Shown: positions 37,256 through 49,057, counted from the first letter of the stretch. The stretch is DNA of 64,000 nucleotides from Flavobacteriales bacterium (GCA_964230025.1 CAXRFO010000013.1:38304-102303), one strand, 5' to 3'. The notes: a model not told the origin generated them from the sequence alone. Translations and numbers: made by a program.

Positions 37256-39802
37256 CTAATCGTCACCTTTTTTAGCAGACTTTTTCTTTGAACCACCGTC
37301 CACGGAAATCACAATTTTTTCATTCTTCTTATCAAAGTCAACAGATATTGCATCTCCCTCTTTGATTCCAGATTTAATAATTTCTTCAGCCAAAGGATCC
37401 TCAAGGTACTTTTGAATTGCTCTTTTCAAAGGACGAGCCCCATATTTAGAATCAAAGCCCTTGTCAGCGATATAATCTTTAGCGTCATCTGTTAATTTCA
37501 CTTCAAGTCCAAGGTTAGAAACTCTCCCGTAAAGCTTTTTCAATTCGATATCAATAATCTTATGAATATCCTCTCTTTCTAAAGAGTTGAACATTACGAT
37601 ATCATCAATTCTATTTAAGAATTCAGGAGCAAAGGCTTTTCTTAAGGCACCTTCTACTATACCCTTTTGAGCATCATCTTTCTGATCGTTTTTAGCTTTA
37701 GTCCCAAAACCAACACCAGTTCCAAAATCTTGCAATTGACGAGCCCCTATGTTAGAAGTCATAATGATGATTGTATTTCTAAAATCAACCTTTCTTCCAA
37801 GACTATCTGTTAATTGCCCATCATCTAAGGTCTGAAGCAATAGATTAAATACATCAGGATGCGCTTTCTCAATTTCATCAAGTAAAACAATCGAATAAGG
37901 CTTTCGTCTAACTTTCTCTGTTAGTTGACCTCCTTCTTCGTAACCCACGTATCCCGGAGGTGCTCCAACCAAGCGAGAAACAGAAAATTTCTCCATGTAT
38001 TCACTCATATCAATACGAATGAGCGATTCTTCTGAATCAAACAAAAATTTGGCTAACTCTTTTGCCATTTGGGTTTTTCCCACACCAGTTGGCCCTAAGA
38101 AAAAGAAAGAACCAATGGGTTTATTCGGATCTTTTAATCCGGCTCTATTTCTCTGGATTGCCTTTACAACTTTGGCTACAGCCCCTTCTTGCCCAATTAC
38201 CTTACCTTCAAGTTCTTCAGCCATTTTCACTAAACGGCCGCTTTCTTTTTCAGCAATTCGAGTGGTTGGAATACCAGTCATCATACCAATAACATCAGCA
38301 ACATGTTCCTCAGTAACTGTTACTCTGTGATTTTTACTTTCTTCCTCCCATTTCTTTTTCTCAACATCTAATTGCTCCAGAAGCTTTCTTTCTTCATCAC
38401 GCAATTGAGCTGCCTCCTCATATTTTTGTGAACGAACAACCTCATTTTTCTTGTCCTTTATATCCTCTATCTTACCCTCAATATCAAGAATGATTTTCGG
38501 TACATTGATATTGGTAAGATGAACACGAGAACCTACTTCATCAAGAGCATCAATGGCCTTGTCGGGCAAATGTCTATCCGTAATATAACGATTGGTTAAA
38601 TTTACACAGGCCAAAATAGCCTCTTCTGTATAATTCACTGTATGATGCTCTTCGTATTTCTCCTTTATATTGTTGAGTATTTGCACTGTCTCTTCAATGG
38701 AAGTAGGCTCAACAAGTACTTTTTGAAACCTTCTTTCCAGAGCACCGTCTTTCTCAATATATTGTCTGTATTCGTCTAAGGTTGTAGCTCCTATCGCTTG
38801 TAATTCCCCACGAGCTAATGCAGGCTTAAACATGTTAGAAGCATCCAAGCTTCCAGAAGCTCCTCCCGCACCTATAATCGTGTGGATTTCATCAATAAAC
38901 ATAATAACCTCTGGAGACTTTTCAATCTCATTCATTAAGGCCTTCATGCGCTCTTCAAATTGCCCTCTATATTTAGTACCCGCAACTAGACTTGCTAGGT
39001 CAAGAGAAATAATCCTTTTGTTAAATAAAACCCTGCTAACCTTTCTTTGAACAATGCGTAAAGCCAATCCTTCTGCAATAGCAGATTTACCAACACCGGG
39101 TTCACCAATCAATATCGGGTTATTCTTTTTTCTTCTTGCTAAAATTTGAGAAACTCGCTCTATCTCCTTCTCTCGACCAACTATTGGATCTAACCTTCCA
39201 TCTTCAGCAAGTTGGGTTAAATCTCTACCAAAGTTATCCAAGACAGGTGTTTTACTTTTAGGGTCAACTTTTCTTGAACCGCCCCCATAGGATCCACCTG
39301 ATCCTCCTTCTCCTTCATCTCCATCAGACAAATCGCCTGGGAATTCTGATCTAGGCAATTCATCTTGATTCGCCATTGACTCAATACTATTCTTTATCAT
39401 TGAATAATTTATACCGTGTTTGTTTAATATTTGTGTGGCAATATTTTCCTTTTCTTTAAGAATCGACAACAGCAGATGCTCAGTCCCAATTAAAGGACTT
39501 TTAAAAAGCTTTGCCTCTAGATAGGTAATCTTCAAAACTTTTTCTGCCTGTTTCACCAAAGGTATGTTGTTTAGAGACATGCTCTTACCTGATGAAATAC
39601 TCATTGATGATTCCAAATTCTTTCTAAGCTCACGCAATTCAACTCCACCTCTTTCAATGAGCTGAACAGCTAAGCCCTCTCCTTCTCTTATTAATCCCAG
39701 CACCAAATGCTCTACTCCTATATAATCGTGCCCAAGGCGTAAAGCCTCTTCGCGACTAAAGGTTATAACATCTTTGACTCTGGGTGAAAATTTCGCCTCC
39801 AT
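37256..39802 (-). CDS. clpC: ATP-dependent Clp protease ATP-binding subunit ClpC (class I AAA+)
   Basis: 848 aa. Double Clp_N repeat, Gly/Ser linker, Walker [11 protein letters not shown] and [11 protein letters not shown]-like [15 protein letters not shown], ClpB_D2-small C-terminus. Confidence 0.93.
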   Translation of the reverse strand: MEAKFSPRVKDVITFSREEALRLGHDYIGVEHLVLGLIREGEGLAVQLIERGGVELRELRKNLESSMSISSGKSMSLNNIPLVKQAEKVLKITYLEAKLFKSPLIGTEHLLLSILKEKENIATQILNKHGINYSMIKNSIESMANQDELPRSEFPGDLSDGDEGEGGSGGSYGGGSRKVDPKSKTPVLDNFGRDLTQLAEDGRLDPIVGREKEIERVSQILARRKKNNPILIGEPGVGKSAIAEGLALRIVQRKVSRVLFNKRIISLDLASLVAGTKYRGQFEERMKALMNEIEKSPEVIMFIDEIHTIIGAGGASGSLDASNMFKPALARGELQAIGATTLDEYRQYIEKDGALERRFQKVLVEPTSIEETVQILNNIKEKYEEHHTVNYTEEAILACVNLTNRYITDRHLPDKAIDALDEVGSRVHLTNINVPKIILDIEGKIEDIKDKKNEVVRSQKYEEAAQLRDEERKLLEQLDVEKKKWEEESKNHRVTVTEEHVADVIGMMTGIPTTRIAEKESGRLVKMAEELEGKVIGQEGAVAKVVKAIQRNRAGLKDPNKPIGSFFFLGPTGVGKTQMAKELAKFLFDSEESLIRIDMSEYMEKFSVSRLVGAPPGYVGYEEGGQLTEKVRRKPYSIVLLDEIEKAHPDVFNLLLQTLDDGQLTDSLGRKVDFRNTIIIMTSNIGARQLQDFGTGVGFGTKAKNDQKDDAQKGIVEGALRKAFAPEFLNRIDDIVMFNSLEREDIHKIIDIELKKLYGRVSNLGLEVKLTDDAKDYIADKGFDSKYGARPLKRAIQKYLEDPLAEEIIKSGIKEGDAISVDFDKKNEKIVISVDGGSKKKSAKKGDD

Positions 39803-39859
39803 AATTCGTTACTAATTTAGTGAAAATTCGCCAACAACAAAGGCGTAAAATCTCAATCT

Positions 39860-39888
39860 CAAAAATACGATCAAGAATTTCTTACAAA
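39860..39888 (-). promoter_or_regulatory. putative clpC promoter (TTTG -33 / TATTTTTG -7 on the minus strand)
   Basis: The reverse complement of 39860-39867 is TATTTTTG. TTTG lies 17 nt upstream. About 55 nt to the clpC ATG. Confidence 0.4.
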
Positions 39889-40015
39889 ATCGTTAATAAC
39901 TTCTTTTCTTCACACAATTTTGTGGATAAAGCCAGCCTTTTTTCAGGAGCTTACTGTCATCTAAAAAGTTATTTTTACAAACTTGATTTTTAGAATTTTT
40001 AGATAAAGAAGATAT

Positions 40016-42529
40016 ATGGCAGAAGGAGAAAAAATAATTCCAATTAGTATAGAAGATGAGATGAAGTCAGCTTACATTGATTATTCAATGTCAGTGATTG
40101 TTTCACGTGCCTTACCAGATGTCAGAGACGGTCTTAAGCCTGTGCACCGTAGGGTGCTTTTTGGGATGCAGGACCTTGGAGTAGGCGCCTCTAAGCCTTA
40201 CAAGAAATCTGCAAGAATTGTTGGGGAAGTTCTTGGTAAGTACCACCCTCACGGAGATTCTTCAGTTTATGACACCATGGTGCGTATGGCACAGGATTGG
40301 TCTTTAAGATATCCGCTAGTTGATGGTCAAGGTAACTTTGGGTCAGTTGATGGTGACTCTCCGGCAGCAATGCGTTATACTGAGGCAAGACTTAGAAAAA
40401 TTGCCGAAGAAATAATGTCTGATATTGACAAAGAAACTGTTGATTTTAGTCCGAATTTCGATGACTCTTTGGAAGAGCCAACAGTAATGCCTACCAGAGT
40501 ACCTCAGCTTTTGATCAATGGAGCTTCAGGTATTGCCGTTGGAATGGCAACCAACATGCCACCACACAACCTAACAGAAGTCATAAACGGAACCATGGCA
40601 TACATTGATAACAGAGATATTGATGTCGATGGTTTGATGGAATATGTCAAGGCACCAGATTTCCCTACGGGAGGAATTATCTATGGTTACGAGGGCGTAA
40701 AGAACGCTTTCCACGAAGGACGCGGTCGTGTTGTAATGAGAGCTAAAGCTACCATTGAAGAAATTCGAGAAGGAAGAGAAGCCATCATTGTTACCGAAAT
40801 CCCATACCAAGTTAACAAAGCCGACATGATTAAGAAGACGGCTGACCTTGTTAACGATAAAAAGATTGAAGGGATCTCTGATATTAGAGATGAATCTGAC
40901 AGAAACGGTATGCGTATCGTTTATGAATTAAAACGTGATGCTATACCCAATGTAGTTTTAAACAAACTTTATAAGTACACGGCACTTCAGACCTCATTTT
41001 CGGTAAACAACATTGCACTTGTTGATGGTAGACCTCAAACCTTAAATCTTAAAGATTTAATTCAGCATTTCGTTGCTCACCGTCATGAAGTTGTCGTACG
41101 AAGAACTAAGTTTGAATTAAGAAAAGCTCAAGAAAGAGCGCATATTTTAGAAGGTTTAATTATTGCCTCTGATAATATTGATGAAGTTATTAAGTTAATT
41201 CGTGCCTCAAAAAGTCCTGATGAAGCCCGTGAGAAACTTCAAGAGAGATTTAAACTCTCTGAAATTCAATCGAGAGCCATTGTTGAAATGCGTTTGCGTC
41301 AATTAACTGGACTTGAGCAAGATAAACTTAGAGCTGAATATGAAGAAATCACAGCTCTTATTAAGGAGTTGGAATCAATCCTAAATGATGAAGCTAAACG
41401 CTATCAAATCATAAAAGATGAACTGGAAGTAATCAGAGATAAATATGGTGACGAAAGAAGATCCATAATAGAATACTCTGCTTCTGAAATGAAGATAGAA
41501 GACTTAATTCCAAATGAGGAGGTAGTTGTTACAATATCTCATGCGGGCTATATTAAAAGAACAAGTCTATCTGAGTACAAAGTTCAAAACAGAGGTGGTG
41601 TAGGTTCTAAGGGAAGTACTACAAGAGATAAAGACTTCCTAGAGCATCTTTTCGTTGCTACAAATCACAATTACCTCCTTATCTTTACTGAGAAAGGAAA
41701 ATGCTTCTGGATGCGAGTCTTCGAAATCCCGGAAGGAACGAAACAAAGTAAAGGAAGAGCCATACAGAACCTTCTGAACATTGAACAGGATGATAAAGTA
41801 ATGGCTTACATCAATGTTCAAGACCTTAAGGATGAAGATTACGTGAATAACAACTACATTGTTATGTGCACGAAGAAAGGAGTTATCAAGAAAACATCAT
41901 TAGAAGCCTACAGCCGTCCAAGAACGAATGGAATTATCGCTGTTGGAATACGTGAAGGTGATCAATTGCTTGAGGCCAAATTAACCAATGGTACCAACGA
42001 AATCATGATGGCACTGAAATCAGGTAAATGTATCCGATTTAATGAAGAGAAAGTGCGTAGCATGGGCCGTGGTGCAAGTGGTGTTAGAGGTGTAACGCTT
42101 GCCAATGAAAAAGATGAAGTAATTGGAATGATTGCCGTTGAAAATGAAGAAGCGAACGTAATGGTAGTTTCTGAAAAAGGATACGGTAAACGATCTTCAG
42201 TTGCCGACTATCGTGTTACTAACCGTGGTGGTAAAGGTGTGAAAACAATCAATGTTACCGATAAAACGGGAGGACTTATTGCTATTAAAAACGTCTCCGA
42301 TGAAGATGATCTAATGATCATTACCAAAAATGGTATTACCATAAGAATGCATGTTGAAGATTTACGTGTAATGGGTAGAGCAACACAAGGGGTTCGTCTT
42401 ATTAGCCTAAGAGGAAACGATGAAATTGCCAGCGTTGCAAAGGTTGATCGTTCTGATGAAGACGAAGACGAAATAGCCGAAATTGAATCGAATGAAGAGG
42501 GTCAAGTAGGAGCAGATTCAGAAGAATAA
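40016..42529 (+). CDS. gyrA: DNA gyrase subunit A
   Basis: 837 aa. [36 protein letters not shown] (catalytic Tyr), C-terminal beta-pinwheel repeats and an acidic tail. Confidence 0.97.
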   Translation: MAEGEKIIPISIEDEMKSAYIDYSMSVIVSRALPDVRDGLKPVHRRVLFGMQDLGVGASKPYKKSARIVGEVLGKYHPHGDSSVYDTMVRMAQDWSLRYPLVDGQGNFGSVDGDSPAAMRYTEARLRKIAEEIMSDIDKETVDFSPNFDDSLEEPTVMPTRVPQLLINGASGIAVGMATNMPPHNLTEVINGTMAYIDNRDIDVDGLMEYVKAPDFPTGGIIYGYEGVKNAFHEGRGRVVMRAKATIEEIREGREAIIVTEIPYQVNKADMIKKTADLVNDKKIEGISDIRDESDRNGMRIVYELKRDAIPNVVLNKLYKYTALQTSFSVNNIALVDGRPQTLNLKDLIQHFVAHRHEVVVRRTKFELRKAQERAHILEGLIIASDNIDEVIKLIRASKSPDEAREKLQERFKLSEIQSRAIVEMRLRQLTGLEQDKLRAEYEEITALIKELESILNDEAKRYQIIKDELEVIRDKYGDERRSIIEYSASEMKIEDLIPNEEVVVTISHAGYIKRTSLSEYKVQNRGGVGSKGSTTRDKDFLEHLFVATNHNYLLIFTEKGKCFWMRVFEIPEGTKQSKGRAIQNLLNIEQDDKVMAYINVQDLKDEDYVNNNYIVMCTKKGVIKKTSLEAYSRPRTNGIIAVGIREGDQLLEAKLTNGTNEIMMALKSGKCIRFNEEKVRSMGRGASGVRGVTLANEKDEVIGMIAVENEEANVMVVSEKGYGKRSSVADYRVTNRGGKGVKTINVTDKTGGLIAIKNVSDEDDLMIITKNGITIRMHVEDLRVMGRATQGVRLISLRGNDEIASVAKVDRSDEDEDEIAEIESNEEGQVGADSEE

Positions 42530-42617
42530 ACTTTTGGCACAAAAATGGATTAAGAGGGGATGTGAAAATTTATATATTTTTGCATCCCCTTTATAGTTGA
42601 ACAAAAAACGAAATAAA

Positions 42618-43850
42618 ATGAAATTAAAATTTGTATTGACAGGACTGATTTTCACACTTGGAATGACGGTTTTTGGTCAAGGTAAAAGAACAGAAGCTGC
42701 ACTATCTTTGAAAAGTGCTAAGTCAGCAATGATGTATCAAAAATTGGATGAAGCGTGGGAAGAAATCCAAGAAGCAAAAAATTATATTGACGAAACCTAT
42801 AATACAAGTACTGAAAAGTTTACCGGTTCAAAAGACCCAAAAACACTTTATTATAGAGGAGAAATTTATTTCTACTACCCACAAATAAAGGCCATGGTTG
42901 ATGCTCAGAATGGCAAATCAATGGAAGATATTCAAGCGGATCCTGAGACTGAAAAAATGATGGAGACTGCTATGAATTCTTATAAAGCCCATATGGCAAT
43001 CCCAAACAAAAAGTCAAAAGAAAATTTTGAAGAAGAAATCAAAAATAACTTCTTAAGACTTGGTGGAATGGCTGGGAAAATGGCTGGTGACGCATACAAC
43101 AACGGAAACTATGAAGATGCCGTAGAAGCATATTCTGGTGCTATTGAAGCATACAAAATCGCTGGCTACACTGATTCTGTATCATATTACAACGGTGGTA
43201 ATGCTGCATTCTCTGGAGAAATGTATGACACCACAGCGAAATACATGGAAATGTGCCGCTCCTTGAATTTTGGTGGACACCTTCCTTATTGGAGGGGGGC
43301 TGAAGCTGAATTTAAACTTGGCAATTCAGAAAAAGGTTTGGCTATTCTGGAAGAGGGTAAAAAGAAGTATCCAAATGAAGCAAATATGTATATCGTTGAA
43401 TCCAACTATTACCGTGAGGCAGGTGACAACGAAAAAGCTGCAGCTGCTTTAGAAGCGCTTATTGCACTAAATGATAAGGATGATGCAATTATCTCCGTTG
43501 TAGGATCTACATACGATGATTTAGGTGAGGTTGATAAAGCATTTGAGTACTATAACATGGCACTTGAAATTAACCCAACGAACCAGGATGCACTATATAA
43601 CAAAGGTGTAAATCGTTACAACAAAGGGGTTGAAATCTTTAATAAAGCAAACGATATTGCTTCAGATGCGATGGCTAAAGAGGAGAAAGAAAAAGCAAAA
43701 GTATTCTTCAATGATGCCCTTGTTCCATTGCAAAAACTACATGAAATTGCACCGGATGATACTGCAACAATTCAGATGATGATGAAAGTTTATGCACGTC
43801 TTGGAGATAATGACAAATACAACGAGATGAAAGCGCTTTTATCTAATTAA
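42618..43850 (+). CDS. TPR-repeat lipoprotein/secreted protein
   Basis: ORF track 42597..43850. ATG 42618 (MKLKFVLTGLIFTLGMTVFGQ) gives a signal peptide. TPR-like Ala/Tyr/Asn-rich helical repeats. Confidence 0.6.
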   Translation: MKLKFVLTGLIFTLGMTVFGQGKRTEAALSLKSAKSAMMYQKLDEAWEEIQEAKNYIDETYNTSTEKFTGSKDPKTLYYRGEIYFYYPQIKAMVDAQNGKSMEDIQADPETEKMMETAMNSYKAHMAIPNKKSKENFEEEIKNNFLRLGGMAGKMAGDAYNNGNYEDAVEAYSGAIEAYKIAGYTDSVSYYNGGNAAFSGEMYDTTAKYMEMCRSLNFGGHLPYWRGAEAEFKLGNSEKGLAILEEGKKKYPNEANMYIVESNYYREAGDNEKAAAALEALIALNDKDDAIISVVGSTYDDLGEVDKAFEYYNMALEINPTNQDALYNKGVNRYNKGVEIFNKANDIASDAMAKEEKEKAKVFFNDALVPLQKLHEIAPDDTATIQMMMKVYARLGDNDKYNEMKALLSN

Positions 43851-43870
43851 AAGACTATTCATAAATACTG

Positions 43871-43900
43871 AAAAGCACCTCAAATTGAGGTGCTTTTTTT
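43871..43900 (+). terminator. rho-independent terminator
   Basis: Stem GCACCTCA / TGAGGTGC, loop AAT, followed by T7. Confidence 0.85.
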
Positions 43901-43942
43901 CTTTTTAATAGCTACCTTTAGCATTCGCTTAAAAATTATAAA

Positions 43943-44833
43943 ATGAAAAACATTACAGTAATCGGAGCTGGAACAATGGGAAATGGAATTGCTCATGTTT
44001 TTGCTCAAAACGGATATAAAGTAAACTTAGTTGATATTAGCGAAAAATCGCTTGAAAAAGCAGTTGCTACCATCACGAAAAACCTAGATCGTTTGGTCGC
44101 AAAAGAAAAGATTTCTGCTGAAGTAAAGGACTCAACTCTTGCGAATATCACTACATTGACTGACTTAAAAGAAGGTGTAAAATCGGCCGACTTAGTTGTA
44201 GAAGCAGCTACCGAAAATGTTGATCTCAAGCTAAAGATATTTAAGGATATGGATGAAAATGCTCCTGATGGATGTATTCTTTCAACCAACACCTCTTCTA
44301 TTTCGATAACTAAAATTGCGGCCGTAACAAATCGTCCGGATAAAGTAATTGGCATGCACTTTATGAATCCTGTTCCGATCATGAAATTGGTAGAGGTTAT
44401 TAGAGGTTATGCAACTTCTGATGAAGTATGTTCTAGCGTTATGGAAATGTCTAAAAACCTTGGCAAAGTTCCTGTTGAAGTCAATGATTATCCAGGTTTT
44501 GTAGCTAATAAGATACTGATGCCAATGATCAATGAAGCTATTATCACCTTGCATGAAGGGACTGCTGGTGTAGAAGAAATTGATACAGTTATGAAATTAG
44601 GCATGGCACACCCTATGGGCCCACTGCAACTTGCCGACTTTATTGGTCTTGATGTTTGCCTAGCAATTTTAAGAGTTCTACAAGATGGATATGGAAATCC
44701 AAAATATGCCCCTTGTCCATTATTAGTAAATATGGTAACGGCCGGAAAATTAGGTGTCAAATCCGGTGAAGGTTTCTACTCTTGGGGTCATGGAACCAAA
44801 GACCTTATCGTTGCTGATAATTTCAAAAAATAA
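43943..44833 (+). CDS. hbd: 3-hydroxybutyryl-CoA / 3-hydroxyacyl-CoA dehydrogenase
   Basis: 296 aa. Rossmann VIGAGTMGNGIA, NTSSISIT, HFMNPVP, PGFVANKILMP, C-terminal dimerisation domain. Confidence 0.9.
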   Translation: MKNITVIGAGTMGNGIAHVFAQNGYKVNLVDISEKSLEKAVATITKNLDRLVAKEKISAEVKDSTLANITTLTDLKEGVKSADLVVEAATENVDLKLKIFKDMDENAPDGCILSTNTSSISITKIAAVTNRPDKVIGMHFMNPVPIMKLVEVIRGYATSDEVCSSVMEMSKNLGKVPVEVNDYPGFVANKILMPMINEAIITLHEGTAGVEEIDTVMKLGMAHPMGPLQLADFIGLDVCLAILRVLQDGYGNPKYAPCPLLVNMVTAGKLGVKSGEGFYSWGHGTKDLIVADNFKK

Positions 44834-44867
44834 GTTACCTTTTGAAAGGTAGTGCATTCTGTAATCA

Positions 44868-45320
44868 ATGCGAACTTTTTTCTTCATTTGGGGATGTTTA
44901 CTTTTGGCAGGATGTCAAAGTGAGCCTCCCCAATTTTCTTTAAGAACAGTATTGGAATCTGACAAAGAGTTTAAAGCCCTTCATGGCGGCTATGCTAAAA
45001 CTTGGATTTTACACAAACACTTTACTAGTGGGTATAGAATTGATTACGATCTGCGGGAAGAAAAACAGTACCTGATTATTAACAACAAAGGCCATTATGA
45101 AGCCTCTGAATTAAAAAATTTAGGAAAGTCAGGAATGGTTCAAGGTAAAGTTTATTGTAATGCACAGAAAAATGAAATATATTTCTGGGAGTATGGAACT
45201 AAGACTCCAAAAAGCTATACAATTTTTGAAATAAATGATAGTACCTTAAGCTTTGGTGCGAAGAGAAATTTTGAAATGGCAACTTTTCGTCCACTCAATA
45301 TAAACAAAGCAAATAATTAG
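44868..45320 (+). CDS. hypothetical lipoprotein
   Basis: Lipobox LLAGC at the N-terminus; 150 aa. Confidence 0.45.
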   Translation: MRTFFFIWGCLLLAGCQSEPPQFSLRTVLESDKEFKALHGGYAKTWILHKHFTSGYRIDYDLREEKQYLIINNKGHYEASELKNLGKSGMVQGKVYCNAQKNEIYFWEYGTKTPKSYTIFEINDSTLSFGAKRNFEMATFRPLNINKANN

Positions 45321-45418
45321 ATGTGGTTAAATAATTTCTCCACTTTGTAACAAAAAAATATAAGCTCCGTTTATTAACTGGGGGAATTAACTAAAAACTT
45401 TATAGTTTTGGGTTGAGG

Positions 45419-45445
45419 AAAGGCTTGATAACTCAAGCCTTTTTT
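45419..45445 (+). terminator. rho-independent terminator
   Basis: Stem AAAGGCTTGA / TCAAGCCTTT, loop TAAC, with a T-run. Confidence 0.8.
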
Positions 45446-45451
45446 ATTGAA

Positions 45452-46051
45452 ATGACCAAAGATAATTGGGAAATAAAATTAGCCAGGCTCCTCTGTATAA
45501 CAGCTTTTATACATGGCTGTCTTTATCTGGTAGGATCTATGAGGGTTTTTATGCCTCCGGTTCCCATCGATTTTACAATTACCTTGTTGTTCTCAGTTAT
45601 CCTATTCAGGACAAAAGACCTAAAAGCATTCATTGGTAGTGCGATAAGTTTGATAATTACGTTTAGCTTGTTCTCATTTTATGCAAGAGATCAATGGGTC
45701 TCCAGTATCTTTTTCGATGAAAAATCAATTGTTAGGTGGGAAGAAAAATCAGATTTATTTAGCTTCATTTTTTCTTTGGCTTGCCTTTCATTATTCGTTT
45801 ATTACTTCATTTTAGCAAAAGAGATAAAAACAAAAGTATTCGTTTCAATTAATGCTGCACTGTTAGTCTTTCTGATTTTAATGAAACAATCTCCATTTTA
45901 TGCAATAATTCCTACCCCACTGATTTTCATGTCGACCATCTTTCAGGATAAGCAGGATAAAAAAAATGAAATTCTACCAGCTTTATCTTTCAGCGTAGTT
46001 AGTTGTTTTATCCTATTCCGCTACCTTCTTTTGCTTAGCCATAAAGCCTAA
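45452..46051 (+). CDS. hypothetical integral membrane protein
   Basis: ORF track 45413..46051, but its TTG start and first 11 codons lie inside the terminator hairpin, so ATG 45452 is preferred. Five to six hydrophobic helices. Confidence 0.45.
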   Translation: MTKDNWEIKLARLLCITAFIHGCLYLVGSMRVFMPPVPIDFTITLLFSVILFRTKDLKAFIGSAISLIITFSLFSFYARDQWVSSIFFDEKSIVRWEEKSDLFSFIFSLACLSLFVYYFILAKEIKTKVFVSINAALLVFLILMKQSPFYAIIPTPLIFMSTIFQDKQDKKNEILPALSFSVVSCFILFRYLLLLSHKA

Positions 46052-46094
46052 TTTTCTTGGTAGAATAACTATATTTAACCCAAAATTACATCTT

Positions 46095-47102
46095 ATGATT
46101 AAAATTGACATGCACACCCATATTATGCCTGATAAAATGCCCCGATGGGCAGAAAAGTTTGGCTATGGAGGTTTTATACATTTGGACCATCATCGACCAG
46201 GGTATGCACGTATGATGCAGGATGCTAAATTTTTTAGAGAAATTAATGAAAATTGCTGGGATCCGGGAGTAAGAATTTCTGAGTATGAGCCCTTTGGAAC
46301 GCAAGTTCAAGTTATTTGTACTATCCCTGTATTATTTTCATATTGGGCACAACCACATGATTGTATGGAAATTTCGAGATTTCTAAACGACCATATCATC
46401 GAAATATGTCAAAAATATCCTAAGAATTATATTGGTTTAGGGACCATACCTATGCAGGACACCGATCTAGCTATAAAAGAGCTTAAGAGATGCAAGGAAA
46501 TTGGAATGAAAGGGATTCAAATAGGATCGAATATCAATGATAAAAACCTTAATGAAGATCAATTCTTTCCCATTTTTGAAGCCTGCCAAGAACTGGACAT
46601 GGCAGTAATGGTTCATCCTTGGAATATGATGGGAAAACCAAGCATGGAGAAATATTGGCTTCCTTGGCTCGTTGGAATGCCAGCTGAAACAAGCAGAGCT
46701 ATTTGCTCCATGATCTTTGGTGGCGTTTTTGAAAAATTACCTGGTCTTAGGGTTTGTTTCTCCCACAGCGGTGGATCATTCATTGGAACTATTGGACGAA
46801 TTGAGCATGGTTTTAATTGTAGACCTGATCTTGTTGCAGTTGATAACCAAGTAAATCCTCGTGAGTATCTGGGTAAATTTTGGGTCGACTGTATCACCCA
46901 CGACCCTAAGGCTCTACAATATGTTTTAGATCACGTAGGGAGCAGAAGAGTTTGTTTAGGAACGGATTACCCCTTCCCTCTAGGCGACCTAGAAATTGGT
47001 AAATTTATTGAAGACGGTGATTTTGACAAACAAGTGGTAGAAGACATTATGCAAAACTCTACGCTGGAATGGTTGAATATGGATATCAACGAATTACAAT
47101 AG
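46095..47102 (+). CDS. amidohydrolase-2 family decarboxylase (ACMSD-like)
   Basis: 335 aa. N-terminal IDMHTHIMP metal-binding HxH, VHPW, SHSGG, GTDYPFPLGD, as in 2-amino-3-carboxymuconate-6-semialdehyde decarboxylase-type enzymes. Confidence 0.7.
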   Translation: MIKIDMHTHIMPDKMPRWAEKFGYGGFIHLDHHRPGYARMMQDAKFFREINENCWDPGVRISEYEPFGTQVQVICTIPVLFSYWAQPHDCMEISRFLNDHIIEICQKYPKNYIGLGTIPMQDTDLAIKELKRCKEIGMKGIQIGSNINDKNLNEDQFFPIFEACQELDMAVMVHPWNMMGKPSMEKYWLPWLVGMPAETSRAICSMIFGGVFEKLPGLRVCFSHSGGSFIGTIGRIEHGFNCRPDLVAVDNQVNPREYLGKFWVDCITHDPKALQYVLDHVGSRRVCLGTDYPFPLGDLEIGKFIEDGDFDKQVVEDIMQNSTLEWLNMDINELQ

Positions 47103-47141
47103 CTAAAAATTTTAGGCACGAAATTTTCTTAAAAGAACAAC

Positions 47142-47783
47142 ATGTTAGAAGTTAGGAATGTTGTCCCCAACCCAATGAAAAATGAAAGTTTTGCTGACGA
47201 AAGTGTTTGGCAAACTGAATCAGTGGTATTCGAAAAGGGGCAAAATCATATAGTAAAAGCCCATTCAGGGAAGGGAAAGTCTACTTTAATTGCCTACTTA
47301 TATGGCCTTAGATCAGATTACTCTGGATCCGTTACCTATAAGGGCAAAGACATCAAGGAACTAAGCCTAATGGAAAAAGCTGAAATAAGAAAGTCAAGCC
47401 TGTCCATCCTATTACAAGATATGAGGTTGTTTCCTAAACTGACCGTAATGGATAATTTACGCCTTAAGAATCAGCTGACAAACCATAAAACTGATGAAGA
47501 AATTGTCACTATGCTAGACAAATTTGGCTTGGCACACAAAACGGAGCAAATTTGTGGAACACTTAGCCTTGGTCAGCAACAAAGAGTTGCTATGATTCGT
47601 GCCCTTTTACAGCCCTTTGATCTGCTCCTCATGGATGAGCCATTCTCCCATTTAGATATTGTTAATCAGGAAATTGGTTGTAAAATGATACAAGATGAAT
47701 GTGACCAAAATAATGGCGGTGTTATTCTGGCTTCACTAGGAGAAGACTATTTTTTAAACTACGATAAACGAATCTCTGTTTGA
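47142..47783 (+). CDS. ABC transporter ATP-binding protein
   Basis: Walker A HSGKGKST, signature LSLGQQQR, Walker B LLLMDEP. Confidence 0.85.
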   Translation: MLEVRNVVPNPMKNESFADESVWQTESVVFEKGQNHIVKAHSGKGKSTLIAYLYGLRSDYSGSVTYKGKDIKELSLMEKAEIRKSSLSILLQDMRLFPKLTVMDNLRLKNQLTNHKTDEEIVTMLDKFGLAHKTEQICGTLSLGQQQRVAMIRALLQPFDLLLMDEPFSHLDIVNQEIGCKMIQDECDQNNGGVILASLGEDYFLNYDKRISV

Positions 47784-47784
47784 T

Positions 47785-48999
47785 ATGAAAGTTTCATTAA
47801 ATACGATCATAAAAAAAGGACAGAAGCAAGGTCAGCTGATTGTAGCGTTTGTCGGATCCGTTATAGGTTTATTAATGCTTATCGGGGTGGTACAACTCTA
47901 TATGGACTACACAAACCTATTCGAGGAAGGGGAAGATTTTCTGCAAGATGGTTACATGATAGAAAAGCAAGTTAATGCGGCCAACACCATCTCAGGCAAA
48001 AAAGCCTCATATACCCAAGAAGAGTTAGATGAATTAAAATCGCTAGATTTTATTGAGGATTTAGCCCCCGTAAAAACCAGTAATTATAAGGTGAACATAA
48101 GCGGTGGCGATGAAATAAAAAAGCTACTTGGAGGCGCTGATTTCTCCTTACTATTTTTCTTTCAGAGCTTACCTGACAAATTTGTCAAAATAAAAAATGA
48201 CGATTTTAAATGGGAAAAGGGAGATTCGATAATTCCAATTGTTGTTCCTGCGGACTACCTAAACCTGTTTAATAATGGTTTTGCTTCCTCCCAAAATGTA
48301 AGGCAGCTAAGCGGTGACCTGATCCAAAAGTTAACCGTAAATATTGAAATTTCTGGACAGAATAAAAAAACAAAATTCAAAGGCAAAATCATTGATTTCA
48401 ATGGTAAGATAAATTCCATTTTGGTACCTGAAAGCTTTATGGATTATGCAAAGGATGAATTCGGAAACCCCGATGAAGAGTCTATGAACCGCGTGTTTGT
48501 AGTAACAAAATCGAAAGACCATAATAAGCTTGCAGCGTTAATTAAAAAAAGAGGCTTTGTTGTAAACGAGAATAAAATGGAAGTCGGAAAACAAAAGATA
48601 TATGTTCAAATTATCATGTCTGTTCTACTGTTTATTGGCTTTGTAATATTAGTATTGGCTGCACTAAACTTTATATTATATAGCCAACTGAGTATCTATA
48701 AAAATGAATACGAAATCGGTGTTTTGACTCAAATCGGATACGATTACAAAACAGTATCATGGACCTACATTAGGCACTTTGCTATTCTATTTGGAATGAT
48801 AGCACTTACCACATTCGTGTTAGCCATTTTTGGCAAAATGTATCTAAACTACTGGATTGGTAGTTCTTTTCAGGTTGAACTTTCTGGGTCATTAAGCATA
48901 TATGCTTATCTGGTTGGAGTAATTTTTCTAATAGCTTACGTCACTTTGAATAGCTACAGCATTAGAAACACAATTAAGAAAATTGCCTTAAAAAACTAA
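47785..48999 (+). CDS. FtsX-like ABC transporter permease
   Basis: N-terminal TM, large periplasmic loop, then three C-terminal TM helices. Starts 1 nt after the ATPase gene. Confidence 0.7.
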   Translation: MKVSLNTIIKKGQKQGQLIVAFVGSVIGLLMLIGVVQLYMDYTNLFEEGEDFLQDGYMIEKQVNAANTISGKKASYTQEELDELKSLDFIEDLAPVKTSNYKVNISGGDEIKKLLGGADFSLLFFFQSLPDKFVKIKNDDFKWEKGDSIIPIVVPADYLNLFNNGFASSQNVRQLSGDLIQKLTVNIEISGQNKKTKFKGKIIDFNGKINSILVPESFMDYAKDEFGNPDEESMNRVFVVTKSKDHNKLAALIKKRGFVVNENKMEVGKQKIYVQIIMSVLLFIGFVILVLAALNFILYSQLSIYKNEYEIGVLTQIGYDYKTVSWTYIRHFAILFGMIALTTFVLAIFGKMYLNYWIGSSFQVELSGSLSIYAYLVGVIFLIAYVTLNSYSIRNTIKKIALKN

Positions 49000-49057
49000 T
49001 TTGTCAACGAATTGTTAATTTATACGTCTATACACTAAGTTAAAGTATCTTTATTCT

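Noticed and set aside
42554-42590. Hairpin AGGGGATG...CATCCCCT after gyrA as a terminator
   Set aside because: It has a 20-nt loop and no downstream T-tract. The loop instead contains a TATTTTTG -7 box for the next gene, so a terminator call is not supported.
45413-45451. ORF-track TTG start of the membrane protein at 45413
   Set aside because: The first codons coincide with a strong terminator hairpin (45419-45445). ATG 45452 is the plausible start.
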